From the NCBI RefSeq assembly GCF_964194025.1, contig NC_134469.1, positions 17,484,001-17,548,000 of the forward strand: DNA of 64,000 nucleotides, given 5' to 3'. Source of the stretch: Convolutriloba macropyga (Eukaryota). Positions 24,601 through 37,715 of this stretch are shown here, piece by piece (position 1 is the first letter of the stretch; each line of letters begins with the position of its first letter). The position numbers and the translations under genes are program-made. Under the pieces are notes generated by a model. The model saw only the letters and a list, made by a program, of their open reading frames with translations. It was not told the origin of the DNA and searched no databases.

Positions 24601-27600
24601 TAATTTTTTGACAATCTTTAATTTCTTCACAATTCAATGATGACAAAAACAAAAAAACAAAAAAGTATCAAATCATCAAGAAAGGGCAAAATAGCAAATC
24701 CATTGAAAGCGCATAGTTATTTCAGAGTTTACCAAAAAAATGATCTGAAAAAATTAGTCAAAATTTCAAAAATCTATGATGTTTTCTGGTTAATAATAGA
24801 TTTTAATTAGCAAAAAATTATGTAATATTTAAAGTTCAGAACATTATCATTGGGACAAGCGTAAATTAGCCCTCTTCAGAGTTTACCTAGATCGCCTTTG
24901 AAATCCGGCAAATTTAAACACAGGGGTCTAAGGAAGAATGTTTTATGCCATTTTTCATCTAAAAAGGCTGAATTTGGATAAGTTTAGTCAATATTTGAGC
25001 TAAAAAGTCTGATCTAACTAATAACACAATCAATAACCATTCATAATAAAATGAAAGGTATAAACAAAAACACCTGAAAGTTGTACAAATTTATCTAAAA
25101 ACTGTCTCTATTTGTTATCACAAATCTTGTTCTTGATGAATTGGTGCCTTTTTCGTAATACCTATTTTTGTTGGTACTCAAAAAATTTCTGCCGTCGACG
25201 AGGAAATGCCTCAAAACAGCTTTTTCCTGGTTAAACTTTAAAGATTTAGCACGTATCTGTTCCCTTATAGGTAAAAATTTTTGGGCTATTTTTTTATTTT
25301 TCTCATCACAGATAAAACACCATAATAATTTTTGACAATCTTTAATTTCATCACAATTCAATGATGGCAAAAACAAAAAAAAAACAAAAAAGTATCAAAT
25401 CATCAAGAAAGGGCAAAATAGCAAATCCATTGAAAGCGCATAGTTGTTTCAGAGTTTACCAAAAAAAATGATCTGAAAAAATTAGTCAAAATTTCAAAAA
25501 TCTATGATGTTTTCTGGTTAATAATAGATTTTAATTAGCAAAAAATTATGTAATATTTAAAGTTCAGAACATTATCATTGGGACAAGCGTAAATTAGCCT
25601 TCTTCGGAGTTTACCTAGATCGCCTTTGAAATCCGGCAAATTTAAACACAGGGGTCTAAGGAAGAATGTTTGATGCCATTTTTCATCTAAAAAGGCTGAA
25701 TTTGGATAAGTTTAGTCAATATTTGAGCTAAAAAGTCTGATCTAACTAATAACACAATCAATAACCATTGTATCTTGTTTATTTCAGCAAAATGGCTAAA
25801 ACGACCAAAAATACGGAAAATGTGAATAAAAACAACGGAAATTAGTCATTTTTTCACAATGTTTAAAAAGATATCCATCTTTCTCTGGACCCTGGACGGG
25901 TTCTCAAATGATACCACTCACAACCCTCTACGATGAATATATCGATCGGCCAAAATTGACTGAGCAAAAAAAGTTGGACGAAAATAAGTGACTGGAAAAA
26001 TCTTTCAAAAATTTATTTGGTTTCTTATTGAAATCAGGAACCTGCGAAATGAATTATTCTTGAACAATGACTAAATTTTGCTTGTCGTCCAGTCAATTTG
26101 AAATCTATAGGAAACCAAATCTGATCCAATTTTTTCGTAGTTTTTGAAACTTTCTGCCGTCAACGAGGAAATGCCTCAAAACAGCTTTTTCCTGGTTAAA
26201 CTTTGAAGATTTAGCACGTGTCTGTTCCCTTATAGGTAAAAATTTCTGAGCTATTTTTTTTATTTTTCTCATCACAGATAAAACACCATAATAATTTTTT
26301 GACAATCTTTAATTTCTTCACAATTCAATGATGACAAAAACAAAAAAACAAAAAAGTATCAAATCATCAGGAAAGGGCAAAATAGCAAATCCATTGAAAG
26401 CGCATAGTTGTTTCAGAGTTTACCAAAAAAAATGATCTGAAAAAATTAGTCAAAATTTCAAAAATCTATGATGTTTTCTGGTTAATAATAGATTTTAATT
26501 AGCAAAAAATTATGTAATATTTAAAGTTCAGAACATTATCATTGGGACAAGCGTAAATTAGCCTTCTTCGGAGTTTACCTAGATCGCCTTTGAAATCCGG
26601 CAAATTTAAACACAGGGGTCTAAGGAAGAATGTTTGATGCCATTTTTCATCTAAAAAGGCTGAATTTGGATAAGTTTAGTCAATATTTGAGCTAAAAAGT
26701 CTGATCTAACTAATAACACAATCAATAACCATTGTATCTTGTTTATTTCAGCAAAATGGCTAAAACGACCAAAAATACGGAAAATGTGAATAAAAACAAC
26801 GGAAATTAGTCATTTTTTCACAATGTTTAAAAAGATATCCATCTTTCTCTGGACCCTGGACGGGTTCTCAAATGATACCACTCACAACCCTCTACGATGA
26901 ATATATCGATCGGCCAAAATTGACTGAGCAAAAAAAGTTGGACGAAAATAAGTGACTGGAAAAATCTTTCAAAAATTTATTTGGTTTCTTATTGAAATCA
27001 GGAACCTGCGAAATGAATTATTCTTGAACAATGACTAAATTTTGCTTGTCGTCCAGTCAATTTGAAATCTATAGGAAACCAAATCTGATCCAATTTTTTC
27101 GTAGTTTTTGAAACTTTCTGCCGTCAACGAGGAAATGCCTCAAAACAGCTTTTTCCTGGTTAAACTTTGAAGATTTAGCACGTGTCTGTTCCCTTATAGG
27201 TAAAAATTTCTGAGCTATTTTTTTTATTTTTCTCATCACAGATAAAACACCATAATAATTTTTTGACAATCTTTAATTTCTTCACAATTCAATGATGACA
27301 AAAACAAAAAAACAAAAAAGTATCAAATCATCAGGAAAGGGCAAAATAGCAAATCCATTGAAAGCGCATAGTTGTTTCAGAGTTTACCAAAAAAAATGAT
27401 CTGAAAAAATTAGTCAAAATTTCAAAAATCTATGATGTTTTCTGGTTAATAATAGATTTTAATTAGCAAAAAATTATGTAATATTTAAAGTTCAGAACAT
27501 TATCATTGGGACAAGCGTAAATTAGCCTTCTTCGGAGTTTACCTAGATCGACTTTGAAATCCGGCAAATTTAAACACAGGGGTCTAAGGAAGAATGTTTG

Positions 27601-28995
27601 ATGCCATTTTTCATCTAAAAAGGCTGAATTTGGATAAGTTTAGTCAATATTTGAGCTAAAAAGTCTGATCTAACTAATAACACAATCAATAACCATTGTA
27701 TCTTGTTTATTTCAGCAAAATGGCTAAAACGACCAAAAATACGGAAAATGTGAATAAAAACAACGGAAATTAGTCATTTTTTCACAATGTTTAAAAAGAT
27801 ATCCATCTTTCTCTGGACCCTGGACGGGTTCTCAAATGATACCACTCACAACCCTCTACGATGAATATATCGATCGGCCAAAATTGACTGAGCAAAAAAA
27901 GTTGGACGAAAATAAGTGACTGGAAAAATCTTTCAAAAATTTATTTGGTTTCTTATTGAAATCAGGAACCTGCGAAATGAATTATTCTTGAACAATGACT
28001 AAATTTTGCTTGTCGTCCAGTCAATTTGAAATCTATAGGAAACCAAATCTGATCCAATTTTTTCGTAGTTTTTGAAACTTTCTGCCGTCAACGAGGAAAT
28101 GCCTCAAAACAGCTTTTTCCTGGTTAAACTTTGAAGATTTAGCACGTGTCTGTTCCCTTATAGGTAAAAATTTCTGAGCTATTTTTTTTATTTTTCTCAT
28201 CACAGATAAAACACCATAATAATTTTTTGACAATCTTTAATTTCTTCACAATTCAATGATGACAAAAACAAAAAAACAAAAAAGTATCAAATCATCAGGA
28301 AAGGGCAAAATAGCAAATCCATTGAAAGCGCATAGTTGTTTCAGAGTTTACCAAAAAAAATGATCTGAAAAAATTAGTCAAAATTTCAAAAATCTATGAT
28401 GTTTTCTGGTTAATAATAGATTTTAATTAGCAAAAAATTATGTAATATTTAAAGTTCAGAACATTATCATTGGGACAAGCGTAAATTAGCCCTCTTCGGA
28501 GTTTACCTAGATCGCCTTTGAAGTCCGGCAAATTTAAACACAGGGGTCTAAGGAAGAATGTTTTATGCCATTTTTCATCTAAAAAGGCTGAATTTGGATA
28601 AGTTTAGTCAATATTTGAGCTAAAAAGTCTGATCTAACTAATAACACAATCAATAACCATTCATAATAAAATGAAAGGTATAAACAAAAACACCTGAAAG
28701 TTGTACAAATTTATCTAAAAACTGTCTCTATTTGTTATCACAAATCTTGTTCTTGATGAATTGGTGCCTTTTTCGTAATACCTATTTTTGTTGGTACTCA
28801 AAAAATTTCTGCCGTCGACCAGGAAATGCCTCAAAACAGCTTTATCCTGGTTAAACTTTAAAGATTTAGCACGTATCTGTTCCCTTATAGGTAAAAATTT
28901 TTGGGCTATTTTTTTATTTTTCTCATCACAGATAAAACACCATAATAATTTTTTGACAATCTTTAATTTCTTCACAATTCAATGATGACAAAACA
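21656..28995. repeat. Composite tandem array of ~965-bp (L) and ~727-bp (S) monomers, order L S L S L L L S
   Basis: Anchor ctgccgtc at ~21806, 22771, 23498, 24464, 25189, 26154, 27118, 28082 and 28809. Copies are near-identical. Confidence 0.95.
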
Positions 28996-29535
28996 AATTG
29001 CAAAAAAAATTAAAATTGAATTGAAGACTAAATTTCCGTCACTGAAAAGTAGACGCAACCTCTCCTATCTCAGCCAAACTACAGGTCTACAAAAATAAGA
29101 TGAACAATTGACAGACCAATTATTAGCTCAAATGTCCAATATTGTTTTTGAAAACAGATGCTTTTAAAAGTCATCAGAATAAGGAGCTTTCAAATACTTC
29201 GGAACAAATCTGGACCTCCTCTTAGTGACACTAAGTCATGTGTCTACAAAAAAAAACGATTACCGGCAGCACTCAGTTTTTCAAAAATAATTTTAAGCAA
29301 ATACATTTATGATCATTTCCTTTAAATTGCAAGGCATGTACATTGGAGCTCAAATGAATGCAAACGGAATCTATCAACAATTTAGATAAAAAAATGTCCG
29401 GTCATGAATGATTATGAAATAAAAAAAATTATCGCAAAAAAACTTGGGAAAAAATATTACCTGAAAAAAATCCGAATATTTATGGAATCTGGAAATCAAT
29501 GTGTAAACCAGAGCAAGCCTCGCTACTATCGCTCG

Positions 29536-30086
29536 TCCATTGAAAGCGCATAGTTGTTTCAGAGTTTACCGAAAGAAATGATCTGAAAAAATTAGCCAAA
29601 ATTTCAAAAATCTATGATGTTTTCTGGTTAATAATAGATTTAAATTAGCAAAAAATTACGTAATATTTAAAGTTCGGAACAATATCACTGGGACAAGCGT
29701 AAATTAGCCCTCTTCGGAGTTAACTTTGATCGCCTTTGAAATCCGGCAAATTTAAACAAAGTGGGCTAAGGAAGCATGTTTGATGCCATTTTTCATCTAA
29801 AAAGGCCGAATTTGGATAAGTTTAGTCAATATTTGAGCTAAAAAGTCTGATCTAACTAATAACACAATCAATAACCATTGTATCTTGTTTATTTCAGCAA
29901 AATGGCGAAAACGACCAAAAATACGGAAAATGTGAATAAAAACAACGGAATTTAGTCATTTTTTCACAATGTTTAAAAAGATATCCATCTTTCTCTGGAC
30001 CCTGGACGGGTTCTCAAATGATACCACTCGCAACCCTCTACGATGAATATATCGATCGGCCAAATTTGACCGAGCAAAAAAAGTTG
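29536..30086. repeat. Diverged single copy of array modules C+D1 in the right flank
   Basis: tccattgaaagcgcatagttg...gcaaaaaaagttg matches the array with several substitutions. Confidence 0.88.
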
Positions 30087-32427
30087 AGCATATATTTTCT
30101 CCCCCACTGAAGTGGGTCGGGTCGGAAAAATAATTTTGAAAGCTCATTGAGAATTATAAGACACCCAAGTGATGGAACTAACGATGTTAGTATTCGACAT
30201 CAAAATGTTCTCAGCTTTGCTTTTTTGGTCTAAGTATCCCGTGCATCTACACTGTCTCCAGCCCGCGCGCGTACTGTCTTCTGACTGCCGCAATTTATAT
30301 GCTACACTTTTTACCGATTTCTTCGTCAAAGTACCAACACCAGAACCACAACATACAGTTTGAGTGCTTTGGATTTTTGTACAATATCTGCTGAATGAGG
30401 AAAATAAATCATTTTGAACTTAATATCCGCATTCAACGTAATGCTCAATTTACCGCATTCAACGCTAAAAACTGCGAGAGCATTTTTGAGTGAAAACTAT
30501 ATTTCACCCCATTTCACCTCACATTGTTTTCCAGTGATCCCCCCACCCAGTTTGTAAGCTAGCACTTGAGATATCGTGTCTTTCTTTAGACACAACTTCA
30601 TAATTTGTAACCCAAAAATAAACACCTTTTGCCTCCTTCGTAGAATGCAAACTGAGAATTGCTTAAACATAAATTTGTCTTCTCGTTTCATTTCAAACTA
30701 ACTAGAACCATTTTTTACAAATAGCAATTGTGTAAATGGCGTCAGTTATTATAATTCGAAAGTGATTTAGAGAGCAATTAGAACGGGAACAATATTAAAA
30801 GTCTAATTCACAGCGAATTCTCTCTAATGAGCCAGACACGTCTTGTGTCGAAATAAAAGTCGAATTTTGAGACTAACACACAGTTGATCAGCGGTCACCC
30901 TGAAAATAGAAATACCCTGCAGTATTTTATGTGTAAATTAACCTAATTGACTTCAGAATTTGTTACAGGCTAAATATATGTTGTTCGTATTCCACAGCCA
31001 ATGGTCATTGTTCAAGAACTGTTGAATTTTACTTTACCAAGTTCGTTTTCAAACCATCCAGCGTGAAATATTTTTCATAACAGTGAGAGTTTTCTGCTCG
31101 GGACTCGTCCCCTGATGGGACCTCCTGAAAGCTATTTCAAATCATGATACCTCTAGTGAGAGATAAAGTTATAAATAGCCCAAACTTTTTTATGAACCGA
31201 GAATTTCACACTTATCTACGTTTTTGCCATAATAAATTTTCTTTTCACCCCAATTCATTTGACCCTTTAAATTTTATTGTCATAACCTTTTATCAATGAA
31301 CCCGGCAAATTTTTCACCGAAAGCCATTTTCGATTACCCTACATATCTCTATTATATATGTTAAAGTACTAATACAAAAAGTGTCAAAATTGATTGTAAT
31401 GATAGAGAGCTGAATGAATTGGGGTTAAACACGGGAAGTAAAATTATAAAGTGTAAAATAAAAGGGGTCACCAATTTCTTCGTATCTGACTGTCAGAGGC
31501 CATCAGACCTAATTTAGAATTTAGAGACTTTCCAGAGGCCATGACTTACAAGATGACGCAAAAACTTGGATCATTTTTTAGCAAAAAGGAATGAACACAT
31601 GGGTTTCCTGAAACAGAGTAGAATTTCAATATTCGGATTTTCTAAACAACGAGACGTAAGTTTTTGAGCACGCAGAATCCAAAAGAGAAATTAGCCCACT
31701 TTTTTATTCAAACCCAGTGTCACAATAAGTCCAGCGGTTTTTGCACCTAAATCGGGACATGGCCACTTCTGTGCAGAGAAAAACAAAAAAAAAATTAGAT
31801 TTATTTGTCGTGAGTCAAGTAAAAAAAGCCATGTAAACAGTACAAATTCATTTTTTCAATGTTTTTTTTTAAAAAAAAACAATATTTTGAAAGTTAGTAA
31901 TTCTAAACCACTCAATGTTTCTTGAATTTGAATCGCTTGAGATTTAACAAAATGCCGGTTAATTAACTAATTAAAAAGATAACAAAGAGATTTTTAATTT
32001 TTCAGTGATATGATGAAATGTTCACAAAGAATTCCAACCAAGCGACTGGCAAAAATGATCCAATCCAATTAGAATTTCAAGCATGCTATTAAATCTTATA
32101 CGATAAAATCATGCTTTCACGAACTTTTATTGTACATATTCTCAAAAGAACACAACTTATCTTGTAAGAACTACGATGGTCTTTCCAGATTATATAACAA
32201 AATAAATCTGATTGTAGTCTGTGCTATGTAAAAGACTGTTTTTTCATATGTTTGTCTTATCGTACACAGCAGAAATTTTGGATTCAAAATTGAATGTAGA
32301 AGAGATCCAGTTGACTTCCCGGGTCGAGACCGAATGGATAACTTGTAAGAACTTGCAAGTTTCTGGCAGAAACCTACAAGGCGATGCATCGCCTTGCCAG
32401 TTTTTCTTCCAAAAACTCGCAAGTCCA

Positions 32428-32516
32428 TACAAGTTAACCATTCGACTTACAAGTTCATACAATTTAACCATTCGATTTACAGGTTCTTACAAGTTAATCA
32501 TTAGACTTACGAGTTG
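32428..32516. repeat. 30-bp tandem repeat x3
   Basis: tacaagttaaccattcgacttacaagttca-like unit, next to the inferred LINE 3' end. Confidence 0.8.
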
Positions 32517-32519
32517 AAT

Positions 32520-35150
32520 TAACATTCTTTTTCTATCTGAAAAACACTTTTGCGGTATAATTTAATATCTATGATAAACTGTTGCCGGAACAGATAACAC
32601 AAAGACCATATATGTAATTTACTCTTTTTGTATACATTTTCCTTTGATTCGAGAGAACTCCAGAAGGCGGTGTTGCCTTGTCGTAATGTAACTCCTAAAG
32701 CAGAAATGTCATCCTCTTTTCACATTCCATTGACAAGCATAAAAAACATGGAAACAAAGCTCGTTAGTAGAAACCTTTCAGCAAATCAGCACTGCCTAAT
32801 GTGAAGTTTTCACGGAACCGATGAACAAAAATTTTTCAACTTATCTTTGACAGTTTTGTCATCTCTTCTGTAGTTTAACGTGGACCCATTTGATTTTTTG
32901 CTTATTTAGAAATTTATTTAGAGGTAACTCTCTTGCGGTATAATAGTTTGTAGCAGTTTTGAAGTCCACAATTGAATTAAATTTCCTCGTTCTATATATA
33001 ACACCCTCCAAATGTTCATTTTTGATATTCAATTATTTTGATGTCAATTCGCAACTGTAATATGGGTTGAAAGTCAATATTATGGTTTGCTCCTTATAAA
33101 TTATGTAAAAATGTTGGATATTTATATGGAGCAGTTCTCAGCTTATAGAAGGCAGTACGAAGAACTCATTTTCGTTTCAAATAATAAAAATGATCTGTAA
33201 AAATTAAATTTTTGACAGTCAGGATTACAATTTACTTAATTGTTTTTGATTTCAGTGTATTCTGTCTCATTTGATATTCGACTGCTTTTGTTTACTTATG
33301 ACGAAAGTTAACTTGTCTTTGCGCCCAACTCATCGATGGTTTGTTTCATGTCTTAAAAAAGCTGACTAGCATCTGACTGACTAAATTGAATTGAAGCTGT
33401 GTCGTTGGCGTAAAGAGTCATTGTTAGGTTCCCTATATTCCTGAAAGATTATTTACATCCAAGGTTAACAGTAAACGTCCCATTATTGAGCCTTGAGGTA
33501 CACCTATTATTCAGGTTAAAAAATGAGAGCGTTCAATGGCTTCGCGGCATATTTTCTCTTATGTTTGTTTGATAGCTGTATAACAAGGTATTGACCGGTC
33601 CACGAGGTCCACATGGTACATGTTTTGCTGAGAAATGAGGTATCTATAGTATCGAAGTTTTATTTTAAATCCAGACAGATTGCATATGTTGTATATGCTG
33701 ATTTGTTAAAAACCTATATGATTGAATTTTTAACTGGTTTCAATGCATCTCTGTTGTCTGATTCCAATCGAAAACCAAATTGACTATTGACCAGCTAAGT
33801 GGCACGTTGAGAAATTTGTTCAGTCTCATATAGATAATCTTTTCTTATGCTATTGATATCGCAGGTAAAAAAAGGAATTACTCTTCAATTATTAACTTCA
33901 AAAAAGTTTTTAGATTTGAAAAATTGAAAAGTGGGAGATAAATTGTTCTTTACATGCAGTCCGGGATGGTTCGTAGTTTTTTGTCGTTTATGAAAAAGAT
34001 CACAAATTTTTCAAATTCATCTTTTCTAACATAATCCAGATAGGTTGAACAGCACAATTGCAAAATTTTGTCGGGATTCGTTTGGTTATTTCATTTTTAG
34101 ATCATGTATTTATGAAAAGTAAAAGAATTTCTTTTCATGTCACCGTTCGGCTGTGAATTTTGGTTTTCACTTAGATTTTTTCCACGTTAGGAGATTGAAT
34201 GTTTCGAACCACATTTTTCGCTTGAGATGCTTTTTCCAGATACTAGAGTTTGAAAATTTAATTGCTTCTTGTGTTGATGATTTTTCTTAGCCGGTTTTCT
34301 AAAGCTCAATAACGATCCCAGCTGTCCAGCAACTCTTCCTTTTGTAATTTTGATACGAAGGAAATTTTATTTTTGGCTAGACAAGTTTTGATTTGGTTGC
34401 CTACCTAACGTTTTTTTTTGAACTGTTGCTTTATTTTTTTCGGGAATAAATTTTTCCACTACTTCATGGAGATTCCAAGTAAAGGTTTCCTCCTTTTGTC
34501 GACTTTTCATTAACTTAAATTTTCAATACCAGATCAATTTGAAATCTTCCTGTGTTCTGAGTTCAATTATTGGTACCGCTTCAGCATAATGATCAATTAT
34601 GGATTCCTTTAAAATTCTATTCTGATGAAACAATAATTGTACTACTAGTCTCAGTGTGTCTCGCTGGTTTACTTGAGCTCAAGTGATGTAAATATAAGCA
34701 AATCGAACTTTGTCGGGTTTTATTTTTTGCTTGTTTCTCTCTTGTGATCAATGTTAACATCACCACGTAGAAAACTGCTTTCGTCCGGCTGTAAGTAGAT
34801 ATCACTAATATCATCACATAGAAAAGTATTTTCGTTCGGCTGCAAGTAGATATTATTAAGATGACTTTCGGGAGCAATCAAAGAGGGAGCCTTAGGTTTC
34901 ATGCAAACAGTCGTTACGTAGATGGAAACAGCTCCCAAGTCTTTAGCTGTTAAAATTTTGATGTTGTTATTTTGCTTTTTTGCGCACATCCGTCCTGATT
35001 GATTTTTTTGAGACAATAGCGACATTATCCCCCTTACTTTTGACGATTGTATGGAAAATGTTCGTAACAAAGTTAGATTCGTAATAAAGTTTTGAATAGC
35101 TAATTTATACAATTGTTCGTAACCATGTTTCAGTGAGACATACAAATGGT
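32520..35150 (-). pseudogene. Decayed non-LTR retrotransposon (LINE; APE endonuclease plus RT, CR1/L2-like group)
   Basis: Minus-strand remnants. EN-like: GAVSIYV, IYLQP, FLRGDVNID, TRQSS (34700-35050). RT: QFGFR (~33770), FDTID (~33650), GVPQGSIMG (~33490), LYANDT (~33405). Many stops and frameshifts. Confidence 0.8.
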
Positions 35151-36178
35151 GGCTGAGAATTCAACGATTGTATTAGAACTCCTGGCTCATCAATGTGTTT
35201 CCATAGAAAGCTTATTTTTCGAAGAAGTTAAGCATGCGTTAACGGCATCGTTGTCTGTTGAGAAAACTGTTGCGGTTGAATTTCACTCTACAGTTTTGTT
35301 TATTTCTTCTGTCTGCTTTATATATTACCTTAAAAAAAAGAATTCAGAAAAAAAGTATACCATTTATAATTTTTTTGCGATGTGTTTTGCTTCAGTTTAT
35401 CTATTCAAGCAAAATCAACTAGTCATTGGAAAATTTATACGCAAAATCTAAGATTATGCTTTCACAAAAACTAATGGGAGTAGAGCTCAAAAGGAAGAAG
35501 ATTACAACAAGAGAGCCATTTGTCTAGCCCGCCCTTGCAAGATAGTCAGCGTCTTGCACGATAGTCATCTTTTTGTAAGTATAGAGTGCAAGACCCTGTA
35601 ATATCATGCAGATTAATTGGCGTTGACACGAGAGGTTTTTTTGTCCCTTTTAGCTTCCTATGGCAAATTTACCCATATAAAAACTTAAATAACTTAGATT
35701 CTCTAGGGCTAAATGTCAATTTATGTTCACGAATTGCTGCTGATTTCTTCTTTCTCACTTAGTTCTCTTTCCTCCAAATCTTCAGGATTTTAGCAAAAGT
35801 TGGGTATATCGTCGTGACACAAACGAGTGTCAGTCTGGTCCTTATTTATTCACGACAACTTTCTTACCCTTCAGCATAAAGTCTATCAAAATTATTTCCA
35901 ATTTGAGCATAGGCTGGAATTAGAACTTTAAGTGTCAACTTTATTATGATTAGGGGCCAAGGCAGACAATGGTATCCTGTTTAAGTTTGTGTACGGCAAA
36001 TAAATAAGCAAAATTCAAGTGACGGCAGTTCTGAAATGCACCCAAATTCAGAACAATTATCAAATGTTCCACATTTTCTTCATTATTCAATTTCTTTCAC
36101 GCGCCACATTTGTTGAATCAAAAATTTTTAATGATTTGAACTTCCCTCAAATTTTTTGTCGTTTTACCCAAAAAACAG

Positions 36179-36345
36179 TGTCGTGCAACAATCAAGTCAG
36201 AAGTAAAACTTGAAAAAACATTGACTTTTGTCCTTATCGCAACCAAAACGAGTTGGTTGTTCCCGCAACTTAAAACTGATATAAAAACTTACCAAACTAA
36301 ACTGTCTAGAACAATGTAATTGAACCTTATCTACATTCTCTTACA
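36179..36345 (+). repeat. 5' LTR (167 bp)
   Basis: tgtcgtgcaacaatc...attctcttaca; identical by eye to 45893-46059. Confidence 0.96.
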
Positions 36346-36450
36346 TTTTATGGTTTACCCCTCGTTCAAAGAACAAAACCTTCTTCCCCCAAAACAATTT
36401 TGAGGACAAAAGTCTCCCCTGTTACTGGCAAAAGTCTCTTAGGACACAAA

Positions 36451-36538
36451 AGAGACACAGTAAAGACACAGAAGAGACACAGTAAAGACACCGAAAAGAC
36501 ACAGAAAAGACACCGAAAAGACACAGAAAAGTCACAGA
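36451..36538 (+). repeat. 11-bp tandem repeat (aaagacacaga-like, ~8 copies) in the retrotransposon 5' leader
   Basis: agagacacagt aaagacacaga agagacacagt aaagacaccga aaagacacaga ... Confidence 0.9.
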
Positions 36539-36929
36539 AAAGAAAAGACAAGCAATTTTTTCAGCGACGAAGCCAAGATTGGGTTACAGACGTTACCCAG
36601 CAGACGATTTTTTTTTGGAAATTGGGTTTCAGACGTCACCCCGACGAGAGGATCTGTTTTTTTACTGGTTTCAGACGTCACCAGCAGAAGTCCGCCCGAG
36701 GTCTCAGACGTTACCTCTGATGTCCTGTTCCCCGGTTAGAGCCATCCAAAATCTCTACTTTTTTTCGACAAAAAGCCTTCAAAAAATTGATTTTTGTCCC
36801 AAAAAAAAACTTTTTGTTACTATAACACCTCGATTGATAAACCTTGACTAGTAATATTATTTTCAAAGCGAGTAAAGGCAATTTTCTAACTTTGAAAGAA
36901 AATTATGCGAAAAAACGCACAAAATTTAG

Positions 36930-37715
36930 AGAAATGTTCCTTAAATCAGAAAAATCGAAAAACATAAGTTAGTTTTCTGACTATATATCCATTTGAATTG
37001 CGGAACAAACTATTAAACCACCCTTCGGAATTGGCTTTCGATCAAACAAAAAGCCACTTTTATCGATATATCATAACAGCATTATATAAAGTAGAAATGT
37101 CAGAAAAAATTTTTTGAATTCAGAAAATTCAAAAAACACAATTTAGTTTTCTGACTACATATCCGTTTGAATTGCGGAAAAAACTATTAAACCACTCTTT
37201 TGAATTGGTTTGTAATCAAGCAGAAAGCTATTTGCATCGATATATCCAATCAGTATTATACAAATGAGAAATGTCAGAAAAAATTTTTTGAATTCAGAAA
37301 ATTCAAAAAACACAATTTAGTTTTCTGACTACATATCCATTTGAATTGCGGAAAAAACTATTAAACCACCCTTCGGAATTGGCTTTCGATCAAACAAAAA
37401 GCCACTTTTATTGATATATCATATCAGCATTATATAAAGTGGAAATGTCAGAAAAAAATTTTTTGAATTCAGAAAAATCAAAAAGCACAATTTAGCTTTC
37501 TGACTACATATCCGTTTCAATTGCGGAATAAACCCTTAAACTACTCTCCTGAATTAGTTTGTAATCAAACAGGAAGCCATTTTCATCGATTTATCCAATC
37601 AGTATCATATAAATGAGAAATGTCAGAAAAAATTTTTTGAAATCAGAAAATTCAAAAAAACACAAGCTAATTTTCTGACTACATATTCATTTGAATTGCC
37701 AAATAAACCACTAAA
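36930..37715 (+). repeat. ~174-bp tandem repeat, ~4.4 copies with alternating A/B variants, in the retrotransposon 5' leader
   Basis: gaaatgtcagaaaaa recurs at ~37094, 37268, 37442 and 37617. The middle of the unit alternates cccttcggaattggctttcgatc (A) and ctcttttgaattggtttgtaatc-like (B). Confidence 0.92.

Noticed and set aside
21712-28985. Repeated 65-93 aa ORFs (e.g. ...KIAQKFLPIREQ...) as a gene family
   Set aside because: They are by-products of the tandem array; starts and frames shift with homopolymer length and there is no domain signal.
36581-36716. CRISPR array
   Set aside because: Only four imperfect 16-bp repeats with uneven short spacers, inside a eukaryotic LTR element and with no cas genes. 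Kept only as a motif cluster.
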